From Candidatus Fermentibacterota bacterium (GTDB taxonomy: Bacteria > JAFGKV01), in the NCBI GenBank assembly GCA_016928395.1, contig JAFGKV010000114.1, positions 16,525-80,524 of the forward strand: a DNA stretch of 64,000 nt. The letters are read 5' to 3'. Under the pieces are notes generated by a model. The model was not told the origin of the DNA, made no database searches, and saw nothing but the letters and a program-made list of their open reading frames with translations. A program made the translations under genes and the position numbers. Shown piece by piece: positions 44,207-54,595 of the stretch. Each line of letters starts with the position of its first letter. Position 1 is the first letter of the stretch.

Positions 44207-44677
44207 TCAGATAGCGCTCGCCCACACCTCCCACGACACGAAACAAGGCTTCAGTCCACTATCCTTGTATGCCTTGAATCTCTTACGGCTGGCTTCCCGT
44301 AGCCGCTCGTCCCCGGGGACAGTCTCGGCAATCAACTCGGCCGTACACAGCGCGCCCGTGGGGCTTACGGAAGCCTGGATCACGACGGGACGTTCCGCTG
44401 CCGGTACTCCAATACTGATCACCACGGGGTCAAGACGGTCATCAGCGTCGTCCCCTGCGATGCCATGGGGTACAAAGATAGACGGCGGCAAGGCCCAGAG
44501 TGCACGGCTCAGGTGCCGGGCCTCTTCATCGCTGCTGACAATCACGCTGAGCTTTCCATGCGACAGGAGTGATGCGACAAGCTGAGCCACTGCGGGCCAG
44601 TGGGCTGAAGGAGGCATTTGGTAGAACACGACGCGGGGCATTGCCACTCCCGGGACAGCGGTGGTCACTTGCTTCAT
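44207..44677 (-). CDS. holC: DNA polymerase III chi subunit (HolC-like)
   Basis: MKQVTTAVPGVAMPRVVFYQMPP...EEARHLSRALWALPPSIFVPHGIAGD...RKRFKAYKDSGL parallels E. coli HolC (ATFYLL...DEALWARPAESFVPHNLAGE...RERYKAYRVAGF). Confidence 0.55.
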   Translation of the reverse strand: MKQVTTAVPGVAMPRVVFYQMPPSAHWPAVAQLVASLLSHGKLSVIVSSDEEARHLSRALWALPPSIFVPHGIAGDDADDRLDPVVISIGVPAAERPVVIQASVSPTGALCTAELIAETVPGDERLREASRKRFKAYKDSGLKPCFVSWEVWASAI

Positions 44678-44703
44678 GAGGGCATTCACGATACACTCCC
44701 GCC

Positions 44704-45783
44704 ATGCAACGTGCAAACCAAACCCTACTGGCAGCAGTACTACTCTTCGCGCAGTGCGGGCGCCATACCCCCCCCGCCTCACCATGGGCTCAGGCGCAAC
44801 GGGGAGTCGTTCATGTCCAGGCGGATTTCCTCTCATCGTTGGACACGGCACTCATCGACCCGGGCAATGCAGGGCCTGTGCAGCACTCCAAGGTGATGAT
44901 CAATGGCCAGACAAGGGATGGCATCTACATGCAGGCGCCTGCCCAGGCGCGCTTTCCCGTGTTCGTGCATCCCGGAAGTCGGGTGTCTGCATGGTGTGCC
45001 ATGCTCCCGAAATCGTGGGACGGCAGCACCGACGGCGCCGAGTTCCGCATCTCCGTCATCGCTTCTGATACCCAGGACAGCGTGCTGTTGGGGGTGACTT
45101 CGCTGAATCCGATGCGCCGCGAGGAGGACCGCGCTTGGTTCCTGCGGGAGCACGATCTCTCGCCATGGGTGGGGTCCACGGTCCTCATCGAGTTGGCGGT
45201 CGCACCCGGCCCTGCGGGCGACAGTTACCGTGACTGGTGCATCTGGGGTGAACCTGTGGTATTCTCTCCACCCTTGGCGCTCCCACGGGATACTATGGAG
45301 AGAGTCAGCCGCCAACTGGAGTCGGCGGCAATGAGCGTGGACTGGTGCTTCGTCTCGACCAGAGCACTCCATGCCACGCCAGACTCGTCGCAACTCACTT
45401 CCTCGCTCACATTGGGAGGATTGACGAGAGAAGGTCTCTATGCTCACCCTCCCTGGTCGCGTTCGGCTATCGTGACTCCGGGCCCTCGGGCGAGGCTGGT
45501 GACCTCGCTGGGGATGGTGGAATCATGCTGGAGTCGGAGCGATGGCGTCATGTTCCGTGTCCTCGCCGAGACTTCTGAACAGGCCCCGATTACTCTGTTC
45601 GAGTACATGCTTCATCCCAGGGCGAACAGATGCGACAGGGCCTGGGTGGACATCTCGGTGGATCTGTCTCGATTCTCGGGCAGCCCCGTCCGCCTGACTC
45701 TTGCCACCACGGCCGGCTGGGGAAACCATCTGCTGTGCGATTCTGTCGTGTATGGGCTGCCGCGGGTAGTCTCCGACATCTGA
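44704..45783 (+). CDS. Hypothetical exported/lipoprotein-like protein
   Basis: Signal MQRANQTLLAAVLLFAQCG. No recognised domain. Confidence 0.4.
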   Translation: MQRANQTLLAAVLLFAQCGRHTPPASPWAQAQRGVVHVQADFLSSLDTALIDPGNAGPVQHSKVMINGQTRDGIYMQAPAQARFPVFVHPGSRVSAWCAMLPKSWDGSTDGAEFRISVIASDTQDSVLLGVTSLNPMRREEDRAWFLREHDLSPWVGSTVLIELAVAPGPAGDSYRDWCIWGEPVVFSPPLALPRDTMERVSRQLESAAMSVDWCFVSTRALHATPDSSQLTSSLTLGGLTREGLYAHPPWSRSAIVTPGPRARLVTSLGMVESCWSRSDGVMFRVLAETSEQAPITLFEYMLHPRANRCDRAWVDISVDLSRFSGSPVRLTLATTAGWGNHLLCDSVVYGLPRVVSDI

Positions 45784-45787
45784 TTCC

Positions 45788-46861
45788 GTGCGGATTCTCT
45801 TCGTCAGCAACCATTTTCCTCCACTGCACGTAGGAGGCTATGAGATCTACTGCGCCGCCACGGCTGCCGCCCTTCGGGAGCGCGGCCACGAGGTTCTCGT
45901 GGTGACTACCGGCGATGCCTCGCTCTCTGATACCACGGTCTGCAGGGGGCTCACCTTCGATATGACGCTGGCCGATGCTGAGGCCGCACGAAAGAATAGC
46001 GAATGCCTTGCGGATCAACTGCACCGTTTCCGAGCGGATAGAGCCCTGGTCTGGAATACCTATGGCCTGCATCATGACGCGGTCTTCAAAGCGCTGAAGA
46101 TGACGCCCACGACGTGTTACCTGATGCTGCACGATTTGGCGTTCTTTGGCCCGCCCGGCCTCCGCAGCATTCCCCTGATCGCCGCCAGTCAGGTGATCCG
46201 GTTCCACTTCCTTCGCTGCGGATTTGCCGCGGAGTCGCTTCGGTTAGTCTACCCTGGCGTTCACCTTCCCCAGGCCTTCCGACACCACACGGAGAATGAT
46301 CTCGTTCGCATTCTTTTCTGCGGCAGGATCATCTCCTACAAAGGGCTCCACGTCGCTCTGCTGGCACTGGAACGCCTTCCGGGGCGTTTTGCCCTGACAG
46401 TCATCGGGGAGGCGGATGCCACCCTCGACTACGGGCCGCAGATTCGTCACTGGGTTACGGCGAACCACCTTGATTCCCGCGTCACCTTCCTCGGCGGTCT
46501 CACCCATGATCAGGTAGTGGCGGAATATGCCCGGCACGACATCGTGGTGTTCCCCTCTCTGTGGGAGGAGCCCCTGGGCCTCGTGGTGCTGGAAGCCATG
46601 GCTGCCGGTCTGCCGGTAGTCGCATCACGGCGTGGTGCACCCGTAGAGCTGATCACGGGGGGGCGCACCGGCCTCTTCCACGAGCCGGGCAATGCGGTCG
46701 ACCTTGCCCGCGCCGTGCAGGAGCTGTCGTGTGCTTCACGACGTCAGGAGATCGGCCAGGCGGCCCGGGAGAGCATCCGGCAGAGGTTCGACTTCGATCG
46801 GTACATAGAGGATATCGAAGGCATCGTGACCTCGTTGGCCCGGGAGCGTCGCGGAGGTTGA
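45788..46861 (+). CDS. Glycosyltransferase family 4 (GT-B fold)
   Basis: MRILFVSNHFPPLHVGGYEIYC N-terminus. Conserved C-terminal EEPLGLVVLEAMAAGLPVVASRRGAPVELI. Confidence 0.75.
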   Translation: MRILFVSNHFPPLHVGGYEIYCAATAAALRERGHEVLVVTTGDASLSDTTVCRGLTFDMTLADAEAARKNSECLADQLHRFRADRALVWNTYGLHHDAVFKALKMTPTTCYLMLHDLAFFGPPGLRSIPLIAASQVIRFHFLRCGFAAESLRLVYPGVHLPQAFRHHTENDLVRILFCGRIISYKGLHVALLALERLPGRFALTVIGEADATLDYGPQIRHWVTANHLDSRVTFLGGLTHDQVVAEYARHDIVVFPSLWEEPLGLVVLEAMAAGLPVVASRRGAPVELITGGRTGLFHEPGNAVDLARAVQELSCASRRQEIGQAARESIRQRFDFDRYIEDIEGIVTSLARERRGG

Positions 46862-46939
46862 AGCGCCCCGCGTTGACGCGGAGCGCTTCAACCCACACCT
46901 TGTGCGACTCCTGCCGCACCACACCCTTGGAGGTCTCCC

Positions 46940-49900
46940 ATGCGTTCTGCGTGCCTCACCCAGTCCATGACAAGAATCATTCATCGCCTTGGTCGCCAGG
47001 CGGTTCACCCGCTCATTGCCTTGTCATGCCTTATTCTCGCGCTGAATGCATTCCCCGCGTGGACCGAATCCGTGATTCGCGTGGACCTCGGCGATTTACC
47101 TCAGCGCACCATGCATCGCCTTCTGGAAGGGGATTTTGATATCCTCGCCCACGGCCGTGACTGGGTCGATGTCTTGGTTGACGATGCGGAGAAGCTCACC
47201 CTCGCCGACATGGGGGTTCGTTCCACCACCAGAATCCCCGATGCCCGTGCCTTTGAACACGACTTGCGGGGAAGAGACTACTTCGACCACTTCCATGACT
47301 ACGACGAGATCCTCGAAGAGCTTATGCGGGTCGTCCAAGATCATGGGTCTGTCGTCAAGCTTCTGGACATCGGGGATTCGTGGGAGAAGATCCAGGGTAG
47401 CGCGGATCGCGACATCTGGGCAGTGAAGATCTCCGACAACGTCGAACTCGACGAGCCGGATGAAGCTGAAGTGCTCATCATGGCCAACCTGCATGCCCGG
47501 GAAATCATCACCCCTGAAATCGCCCTCTACCTGCTCAACTATCTCGTGGAAGGCTACGGCACCGACCCGAGGATCACAGATCTGGTGAATAATCGCCAGA
47601 TCTGGATTATCCCTTCGTGCAATCCCGACGGCTTGGACCATGTCCACGACACTGATATCTGGTGGCGGAAAAACCGCAGGAACAACGGCGACGGCACCTT
47701 CGGCGTCGATCTGAACCGCAACTGGGGGTACGAGTGGGGCTACGATGACACTGGATCAAGCCCCAGCACCTGGTCTGAAACCTACCGTGGGATGGGGCCC
47801 TTTTCCGAGCCGGAAACCCAGGCGCTTCGTGACTTCTTCGAGACTCATGCCTTCGTGATCAGTCTGTCGTTCCACAGCTATGGCAACTGGTGGCTCTATC
47901 CGTGGGGATACATCCCCGAGGACACCCCTGATCATCCCGTTTTCGTGGCCATTGCCGACAGTTGCGTTGCCTACAACGGCTATGATCCCGGCAACTCCGC
48001 CAGCGGGACGATCTACCCGACAAACGGTGACTCCGACGACTGGATCTATGGAGAGCAGACCACCAAGTACAAGACATATGGATTCACCCCTGAATGCGGC
48101 GGCGACGCTGACGGCTTTCACCCCGATACGACTCGCGTCATGCCACTCATACTGGAGAACATAGGCCCCTGCCTGTATGTGATCGAGGCTGCCGAACAGT
48201 ACGCTCCCAGGCCGGTGATCGCGCATGCTCCCCTGTCAGACACCGAGGACCTTTCCGGCCCGTATCCCGTGGTCGCCCAGATCACGCCGTCACTCTGGCC
48301 GATAGACCTCTCGTCGCCGACTCTGCACTACCGGTGGGATGGAGGCGTATTTGCCGAGGTCTCGCTCATTCCGGGCAGTCAACCCGACGATTTCGAAGGC
48401 GTTATTCCCGGCCCGGGCCAAAGCGGCACCTACGAGTACTACCTCTCCGCCGCCGACAGCATCGGCCGCGTCGCCCGGCTTCCGGCAGCGGCGCCCGACA
48501 GCCTCTTTTCCTTTGCAGTTGGGATGGACGCGGTGCCTCCGGTGATCGTGCACGTTCCGTTGGGAGACCAACCCACACAGGCCGCACCGTTTCCCGTGCA
48601 GGCAATCGTGACCGACAATGTTGGCATCGATTCCGCCTGGGTGGAGTTCAGCGTCAACGGAAGCCCTCCCACATTGAATCCTTTGCTGCCTCAGGAACAG
48701 GATACGTATTCGGGCTTCATCAACCCGACAACCCCTGTTGAAGGAGACACGGTGGAGTACCGCCTCATCGCCCGGGATGCCGCGGCGGGCCAGAACACGA
48801 GTACCCACCCCGCTCAGGGGTATCACCGCTTCGCGGTGAGTCAGGGCTATCGATTTGACTTCGAAGCATCAGATGGCGGCTTCGCCGTCTCCGCCGGCCA
48901 GGATTGGCAGTGGGGGCATCCAACATCCGGCCCCGGCAATGCCCATTCCGGACAGAATACCTGGGCGACGAATCTTGCCGGGACCTACCGTGACAACTCC
49001 AACTCATGTCTGGATACCCCCCCGCTGGTGCTGACGAACGCCGTATCCGCCATACTCACCTTCTGGCACTGGTATCGCATGGAGTACAGCGACGGGGTCT
49101 ACTGGGACGGCGGCAATGTGAAGATCTCGGTTGACGGTGGAGCCACCTTCCAGGTCATCTACCCCGAGGGTGGCTACGACGGAACGGCGACAAACACGGC
49201 AAATCCGCTCTACGGCCAACCCGTGTTTGGCGGCCCTCCTTCCACGGGCAACTTCTGGCACCAGGAGACCTTCGATCTGTCGTCATACGCAAACAACACT
49301 GTCATCGTCCGATTCCACTTCGGTAGCGACGCCTATCTCACCGACATCGGCTGGTACATCGACGATGTCGTGATGACAACTCCCCAGTCAACCATACCGC
49401 TCTTTCGCAACACAGTGCAGCTTCAGAACACCGCGGACACCGCAGGACCTTATGTGGTGACCTCCGAGATTACCGACGATGGCGGCATCGCCGGGGCCTC
49501 CCTCCTCTACCGCCTGGTTGACAGTCGGTTTGCCATGGTGCCGATGCATCTGGCTTCGGGTGTGACGTATCTAGGGGAGATACCCGGCCATCCCGTGGGA
49601 TCCACGATCGAGTATTTTCTGCGCGCCGCAGACATCGATGGCAGTGTGGTCACGGATCCGCCATGCGCGCCCGATTCGCTGTTCGCATTCTCCGTGGTGG
49701 ACCAGCCGCAACAACTCGGTCCCCTGCCTGCCAGCCTGTTCTTCTCCGGGGAAGAAGGCGGGTCGCTCTGCGACACGCTGCTGATTCAAAACCTCGGGCT
49801 CATTCCTCTCGCCTTCGCGATTTTCGATTCGTGCGTGGGGGAAGCGCAGTCAGGCATGTCGGACATCATCACGGACCCACTCGGCGATGTCTCCGCCGCG

Positions 49901-50848
49901 TGCCCGGATGTGGTCGCACTGCGGGCAGGCATACAGGCAGACGCCGTTGTCTTCCAAGTAGTCCTGGCTCCTGGGCGACCCGAGACGACCTTCACCATCA
50001 TCTCACTGGATCTCGACCAGAACCCCGATACGGGTGCGCGGCCCCCGGCCTTCGGGCTTGGATCGCCTTATCACGACGTGGGCGCGGAAGTCGACATCAT
50101 CATTGACCCGACCAATCTCTACGGCGCGCAATATGGCATCACAACTCCCTCGGCCATAGTCATCGCGAGTGATGCAGTCATCGGCGCGTACCCTCTTGAC
50201 ATCGATCCCAATGAGATCGGCTTCAGTCTCCCTCTGGCGACCTTAGCCGACGACGGCAGCATGAACCTGTGTCTTCTGGCGTTCTCCGACTATGCGAGCT
50301 TCTCGGAAGTCGATTTTGTCCCCGATCGAGGCCACGGCGTCATCGGTTCCTGCGGCAATGCCCTGTGGCTTTCCGCCGACCCTGATTCCGGCAGCGTACC
50401 GGGGGAGCAGACCACGCCAGTTATCATCACGGCGGATGCCCACTACCTTATGGCGGGCCAATACGAAGCCCTACTGTATGTGGCGACAAACGACCCCACT
50501 GCCCCTGTGACTGCTATTCCGGTGACCTTCCAGGTGGCGTCGCTGAGCGGCGATTCACCACTGGAGTTACCGGCGCGGCTCACGGTGCACGCAGCGCCCA
50601 ACCCGTTTGATTGCGACGTCGCCCTTTTCATCGGTCTACCCCAGGAGGGTTGGGTTACGCTTCGCGTCTACGACCTCTTGGGCCGACGCATCCGAACGCT
50701 GCAGGATGGCGTTCTGTCGGCCGGTTGGCACGAGGCCAGCTGGAAAGGCGATGACGACAGCGGCCGCACGGTGGCCAGTGGGCTCTACATCGGCCGCGTG
50801 GTGACTCCCCGGGGTGTAGGAACCCTACGGATGGTGAAGAAACGATAG
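46940..50848 (+). CDS. Multidomain secreted M14 zinc carboxypeptidase with C-terminal T9SS (Por) sorting domain
   Basis: Signal RLGRQAVHPLIALSCLILALNAFPA. M14 motifs (MANLHAREIITPE; IIPSCNPDGLDH; WRKNRR; SFHSYGNWWLYPWGY). A long middle region of Ig/beta-sandwich-like repeats. Last ~85 aa LTVHAAPNPFDCDVALFIGLPQEGWVTLRVYDLLGRRIRTLQDGVLSAGWHEASWKGDDDSGRTVASGLYIGRVV...LRMVKKR matches the T9SS type-A CTD pattern (NPF...vyDllGR.v.tL...aG.he..W.g.d.sG..vaSGlY). Confidence 0.75.
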   Translation: MRSACLTQSMTRIIHRLGRQAVHPLIALSCLILALNAFPAWTESVIRVDLGDLPQRTMHRLLEGDFDILAHGRDWVDVLVDDAEKLTLADMGVRSTTRIPDARAFEHDLRGRDYFDHFHDYDEILEELMRVVQDHGSVVKLLDIGDSWEKIQGSADRDIWAVKISDNVELDEPDEAEVLIMANLHAREIITPEIALYLLNYLVEGYGTDPRITDLVNNRQIWIIPSCNPDGLDHVHDTDIWWRKNRRNNGDGTFGVDLNRNWGYEWGYDDTGSSPSTWSETYRGMGPFSEPETQALRDFFETHAFVISLSFHSYGNWWLYPWGYIPEDTPDHPVFVAIADSCVAYNGYDPGNSASGTIYPTNGDSDDWIYGEQTTKYKTYGFTPECGGDADGFHPDTTRVMPLILENIGPCLYVIEAAEQYAPRPVIAHAPLSDTEDLSGPYPVVAQITPSLWPIDLSSPTLHYRWDGGVFAEVSLIPGSQPDDFEGVIPGPGQSGTYEYYLSAADSIGRVARLPAAAPDSLFSFAVGMDAVPPVIVHVPLGDQPTQAAPFPVQAIVTDNVGIDSAWVEFSVNGSPPTLNPLLPQEQDTYSGFINPTTPVEGDTVEYRLIARDAAAGQNTSTHPAQGYHRFAVSQGYRFDFEASDGGFAVSAGQDWQWGHPTSGPGNAHSGQNTWATNLAGTYRDNSNSCLDTPPLVLTNAVSAILTFWHWYRMEYSDGVYWDGGNVKISVDGGATFQVIYPEGGYDGTATNTANPLYGQPVFGGPPSTGNFWHQETFDLSSYANNTVIVRFHFGSDAYLTDIGWYIDDVVMTTPQSTIPLFRNTVQLQNTADTAGPYVVTSEITDDGGIAGASLLYRLVDSRFAMVPMHLASGVTYLGEIPGHPVGSTIEYFLRAADIDGSVVTDPPCAPDSLFAFSVVDQPQQLGPLPASLFFSGEEGGSLCDTLLIQNLGLIPLAFAIFDSCVGEAQSGMSDIITDPLGDVSAACPDVVALRAGIQADAVVFQVVLAPGRPETTFTIISLDLDQNPDTGARPPAFGLGSPYHDVGAEVDIIIDPTNLYGAQYGITTPSAIVIASDAVIGAYPLDIDPNEIGFSLPLATLADDGSMNLCLLAFSDYASFSEVDFVPDRGHGVIGSCGNALWLSADPDSGSVPGEQTTPVIITADAHYLMAGQYEALLYVATNDPTAPVTAIPVTFQVASLSGDSPLELPARLTVHAAPNPFDCDVALFIGLPQEGWVTLRVYDLLGRRIRTLQDGVLSAGWHEASWKGDDDSGRTVASGLYIGRVVTPRGVGTLRMVKKR

Positions 50849-50892
50849 GCTCGGCTCACACACCGGTTGACACATGCACAAACCGGACGCCC

Positions 50893-50945
50893 CACGTTCC
50901 GGCTTCCGCGTACCGGGGGGCTTCGTATCGAGTTTTTTGTTCGGA
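50893..50945 (+). terminator. Possible intrinsic terminator after the M14 gene (imperfect hairpin CCGGACG-CCCCA-CGTTCCGG ... CGAGTTTTTTGTTC)
   Basis: Hairpin with one bulge. Followed about 25 nt later by a T6 tract, the only T-run in the neighbourhood. Confidence 0.3.
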
Positions 50946-51006
50946 CCGGATGAATCGCTGACCAATCATTGTCGCGCCCGACCCATGCTCACGGGAGATC
51001 ACTATC

Positions 51007-51957
51007 ATGGATGACAAGATTAGAATCGGCATCAGTACGTGTCTGCTCGGTCGGGATGTCCGTTTCGACGGTGGACACAAGCATGACCCCTTCCTCACCG
51101 AGACGTTGGGCGAGTATGTGGAGTATGTTCCGGTCTGCCCTGAGGTCGAATGCGGCTTAAGCATTCCCCGGGAGGCCATGCGTCTCGTGGGAAATCCCGC
51201 CGCACCGCGCCTACTCACCATCAAGACCAAGGTGGATCACACCGATCGGATGGAGACCTGGGCGCGCCGCCGGCTTGACGAATTGGAACACGAAGGCCTC
51301 TGCGGCTTCATCTTCAAGAGCAAGTCGCCCAGCAGCGGCATGGAGCGGGTGAAGGTCTACGACGACAATGGCGTTCCCTCCAAGAACGGCGTCGGCGTCT
51401 TTGCCCGCATGTTCATGGCGCGATTTCCCCTCATACCCGTTGAAGAAGAAGGCCGGCTTCATGACCCTGGCCTCCGGGAGAACTTCATCGAGACCATCTT
51501 CGCCCTCAGACGCTGGTGCGCCGCCCGCGCGTGCGAGCGGGGGTTGCGCTGTCTCGTTGAGTTCCACACTCGGGAAAAGCTCCTGCTCCTTGCCCACAGC
51601 CCAGTGCATTACCGCGCGTTGGGAAAGCTGGTGGCGGGCGGTACGGCTCTGCCTTTGGACGAGCTCTACGAGGCCTATGAGCGCGACTTCGTCTCCGCGC
51701 TACGCCTGAGACCCACTGTGCGCAAGCACGTCAATGTTCTCATGCATATCATGGGGTACTTTAAGAGAGATCTATCGCCCGACGAAAAACAGGAACTGCT
51801 GGAGATCATCGGGCTCTACAAGGATGGTTCGGCGCCACTTATCGTGCCGGTAACGCTATTGAATCACTATGTCCGCAAGTACGACCAGCAATACTTGCGT
51901 GGACAAACCTACCTAAACCCGCATCCTGTTGCGTTGAAGCTCCGCACCCACGCATAG
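51007..51957 (+). CDS. DUF523 (TudS/YbbK-like) + DUF1722 (YbgA-like) fusion protein
   Basis: N-terminus MDDKIRIGISTCLLGRDVRFDGGHKHD (DUF523 Cys-rich). C-terminal LLEFHTREKLLLLAHSPVHYRALGKLVA typical of DUF1722. Confidence 0.6.
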   Translation: MDDKIRIGISTCLLGRDVRFDGGHKHDPFLTETLGEYVEYVPVCPEVECGLSIPREAMRLVGNPAAPRLLTIKTKVDHTDRMETWARRRLDELEHEGLCGFIFKSKSPSSGMERVKVYDDNGVPSKNGVGVFARMFMARFPLIPVEEEGRLHDPGLRENFIETIFALRRWCAARACERGLRCLVEFHTREKLLLLAHSPVHYRALGKLVAGGTALPLDELYEAYERDFVSALRLRPTVRKHVNVLMHIMGYFKRDLSPDEKQELLEIIGLYKDGSAPLIVPVTLLNHYVRKYDQQYLRGQTYLNPHPVALKLRTHA

Positions 51958-51985
51958 GGGTAGCCGTGCGGCCACGGGTAAGGTC

Positions 51986-52411
51986 GTGATGCCAATTCTG
52001 GGGCTGGCCAGGCGTGATCTCCTACTGGTTGGCGCCGCCGCCTTCGCGCTGCTCTGTGCTGGCTTCGTGGTAACCAAGGTCGTCATCACCACAGAAGTGG
52101 ATTGTATCTGCAGCCTGGCAGAGGGCGAATTCCCCGGCGACAGACTGGCCGCACTCATCGCTGTCGCCCAGTCTCCCCACCAGAGCCTCGCCCGCCGCAA
52201 TCGCGCAGTCTGGGCCCTCGGCCAGCTCGGAGATGCCCGGGCCGTCGAACCACTGGAAGGCCTCCTCACTGGGCTTCCCTGCGACCATGACCATTTCGTG
52301 TGTCAGCGTGAGGTGCGCAAGGCACTCAGCGTGTGCAGACAACCCACGTGGCGTGCACGTCTCGAGAACGTCCTCCGTGGGATGATCCAAGGGGAGAAGC
52401 CGGCGGCCTGA
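51986..52411 (+). CDS. Small membrane-anchored HEAT-repeat protein
   Basis: TM LLLVGAAAFALLCAGFVV. HEAT-like NRAVWALGQLGDARAVEPLEGLL. Confidence 0.35.
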   Translation: MMPILGLARRDLLLVGAAAFALLCAGFVVTKVVITTEVDCICSLAEGEFPGDRLAALIAVAQSPHQSLARRNRAVWALGQLGDARAVEPLEGLLTGLPCDHDHFVCQREVRKALSVCRQPTWRARLENVLRGMIQGEKPAA

Positions 52412-52545
52412 GTGGGCTCGCCCGGATCGCGGCACGATTCTCCCCTCTTCGGCTGATCGCAGCCCCATCCGTCACCCGACGCCCATGAACTGAAGAGCCT
52501 CAACTACCGACCGTGAACGGCCCGTCCCTCGCCTCGCGAGGCCGC

Positions 52546-54327
52546 CTACCTCCCGTCGGTACCGGGAGCCAGAAGATCCCCGGAATACAGGAATCGTTTT
52601 ACCTTGCGCGTAGTGGTTTTCTGGAATTCATCGGTCAGCACCTGGAAGCGGCGGATGCGAGCATAGGGCGGCAGGTCCTTGCCGGCCTCCCGAATCTCAC
52701 CGGCGATCAGCGCACGGATCGCCTCCATGGTCTGCGGGGTCCCCAAGGCCACGAAATGGCTGGCCACCTGTTCGAGGTCGGGATAGATCAGCGCGCCGAC
52801 CTCTTCTCCATAACCGGTGTGCCTTGGTATGCCCATCACCAGAGACTCCATGATACAAGGTCTACGATTCAGAAGGGTCTCAACTTCCTCGGGGTAGACA
52901 TTCTTACCGCCGGCGGTCACTATCACGTTCTTCTTGCGCCCCATGATCTGAAGGTAGCCGTCCGGGTGGATTTTGCCGAGATCGCCGGTGTGAAACCAGC
53001 CATCTTCGTCGAAGGCATCCACCGTGGCTTCTTCATTCTTGTAGTAGCCGACAAAAACATTCGGACCCCTTATACATACTTCACCGATCCCGCTTTCCCC
53101 GGGGTCGTCGATGCGGCACTCCACCCCCGGCAGCGGAAGCCCCACACACTCATGCCGAATCCTCCCGGGCGGCGTCGCATGAGTCAACGGGCTCGCCTCG
53201 GTGAGCCCAAACCCTTGGAGCAATGGAATGCCCAGGCGCGTGAAAAAGCGTGAGGTGGCCGGATCCAGCGGCGCCGCGCCCGTGACGAAGTAATGCACCG
53301 ACCCCAGCGATGCCTTGCGTCGAAGCCCCCGGAACAGCCTTCGACCCAGGGGCTTCCCGAACAGCTCGGCACCCCGTACGACTCCCATCAGCGTGCTGAA
53401 CAGGATTCGGGCCACGACCCCTTTCTTGCGCACATTGCGCATGATTCCCTCGTGCATCTTCTCGAAGAGCAGCGGCGCCGAGGCCATGGCAGTCACGCGA
53501 GTCGCGGAGATATCAGCCAGGAGGTCTGCGGTCTTGATGCTGCGGGCGTACGTGATAGCGCACCCGCAGTAGAACGGAAACAGGAAACCCGCGGTCGCTT
53601 CGAAACTGTGATGCATGGGCAGCATGGAGAGGAGCGTATCGCCCGGACCCAGCGGCAGAAGTTGGCTGCAGCCGGCCACATTGGACATGATATTCCGTTG
53701 GGTCAACATGACACCCTTGCTCTGCCCGGTGGTACCCGAAGTATAGAGTATGGCGGCCAGATCGCTCAATGATCGAGGTACAAGCTGCGCCGCGCTGGTG
53801 CTGCCTGCATCCAGAGCGAGGGACCACGGAGTCGCCCCCTCGGTGTTGTTCTCATCGAAACTGACGATGCGTTCGACCTTGGGCAACGGCTGTGCATCCG
53901 CGACGGTTGCAAGATAGCGCTCAGAGGTGAACAGCAGCCTCGATTCCGAGTGGGTGAGTAGTGTGCGTATACCGGAGGCGGGCTGCAGCCTGTCCACCGG
54001 CACGACCACGCCTCCCGCACACTGGATGGCAAGATAGGCCATACCCCACTCTGGCCTGTTTTCGCCCAGTATCGCAATGCGATCGCCATGCCGGATACCG
54101 ATGTCGACAAGCCACCGGGCGACACTCCACACCGCTTTGGCAAAGGCCGCGTAGGAAATCTCACGATGGTCCTCACCCGTCCACGCCCTCATCACCACGT
54201 GGGGCCCGAAATCCCGCGCGCTGCGTACAACAAGCTCGTCCAGGGGGAAGATGCCACGATCCGGACGGCACACTGGAAAAGACTGTGTCCTCATCGCCTG
54301 CGACTGCCTCCTACGCTCTACCCTCAA
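52546..54327 (-). CDS. Long-chain-fatty-acid--CoA ligase / AMP-dependent synthetase
   Basis: AMP-binding motif ILYTSGTTGQSKGVMLTQRNI. Conserved GYGLTE-like FGLTEASPL. C-terminal TAGGKNVYPEEVE. Confidence 0.8.
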   Translation of the reverse strand: MRVERRRQSQAMRTQSFPVCRPDRGIFPLDELVVRSARDFGPHVVMRAWTGEDHREISYAAFAKAVWSVARWLVDIGIRHGDRIAILGENRPEWGMAYLAIQCAGGVVVPVDRLQPASGIRTLLTHSESRLLFTSERYLATVADAQPLPKVERIVSFDENNTEGATPWSLALDAGSTSAAQLVPRSLSDLAAILYTSGTTGQSKGVMLTQRNIMSNVAGCSQLLPLGPGDTLLSMLPMHHSFEATAGFLFPFYCGCAITYARSIKTADLLADISATRVTAMASAPLLFEKMHEGIMRNVRKKGVVARILFSTLMGVVRGAELFGKPLGRRLFRGLRRKASLGSVHYFVTGAAPLDPATSRFFTRLGIPLLQGFGLTEASPLTHATPPGRIRHECVGLPLPGVECRIDDPGESGIGEVCIRGPNVFVGYYKNEEATVDAFDEDGWFHTGDLGKIHPDGYLQIMGRKKNVIVTAGGKNVYPEEVETLLNRRPCIMESLVMGIPRHTGYGEEVGALIYPDLEQVASHFVALGTPQTMEAIRALIAGEIREAGKDLPPYARIRRFQVLTDEFQKTTTRKVKRFLYSGDLLAPGTDGR

Positions 54328-54488
54328 TGCCTGAGACGGGCAACACCGTGCTGCTCGGAGTACGCGGGTGACGCCGGCTCGCCCGTGGGGTGCACTGTAC
54401 CTCTACTGGGAAACAAAATGCACTTCCCTCCGGCGCAAGGGTAGCGTCAGGTGGCCTCCCACAGGCAGGCCAAGCGGATCCAGAATAG

Positions 54489-54566
54489 GAATGGAACGAT
54501 GGATGGAAGAATGGATGGATGGATGGGTGGGTGGGTGGATGAATGGATGGATGAAGGGATAAATGG
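54489..54566. repeat. G-rich tetranucleotide microsatellite (GGAT)n/(GGGT)n/(GAAT GGAT)
   Basis: atggaacgatggatggaagaatggatggatggatgggtgggtgggtggatgaatggatggatgaagggataaatgg. Contains GGGTGGGTGGGTGG, a potential G-quadruplex. Confidence 0.85.
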
Positions 54567-54595
54567 GCCTTCTGGATTCTGAATACTGCCCAAGG

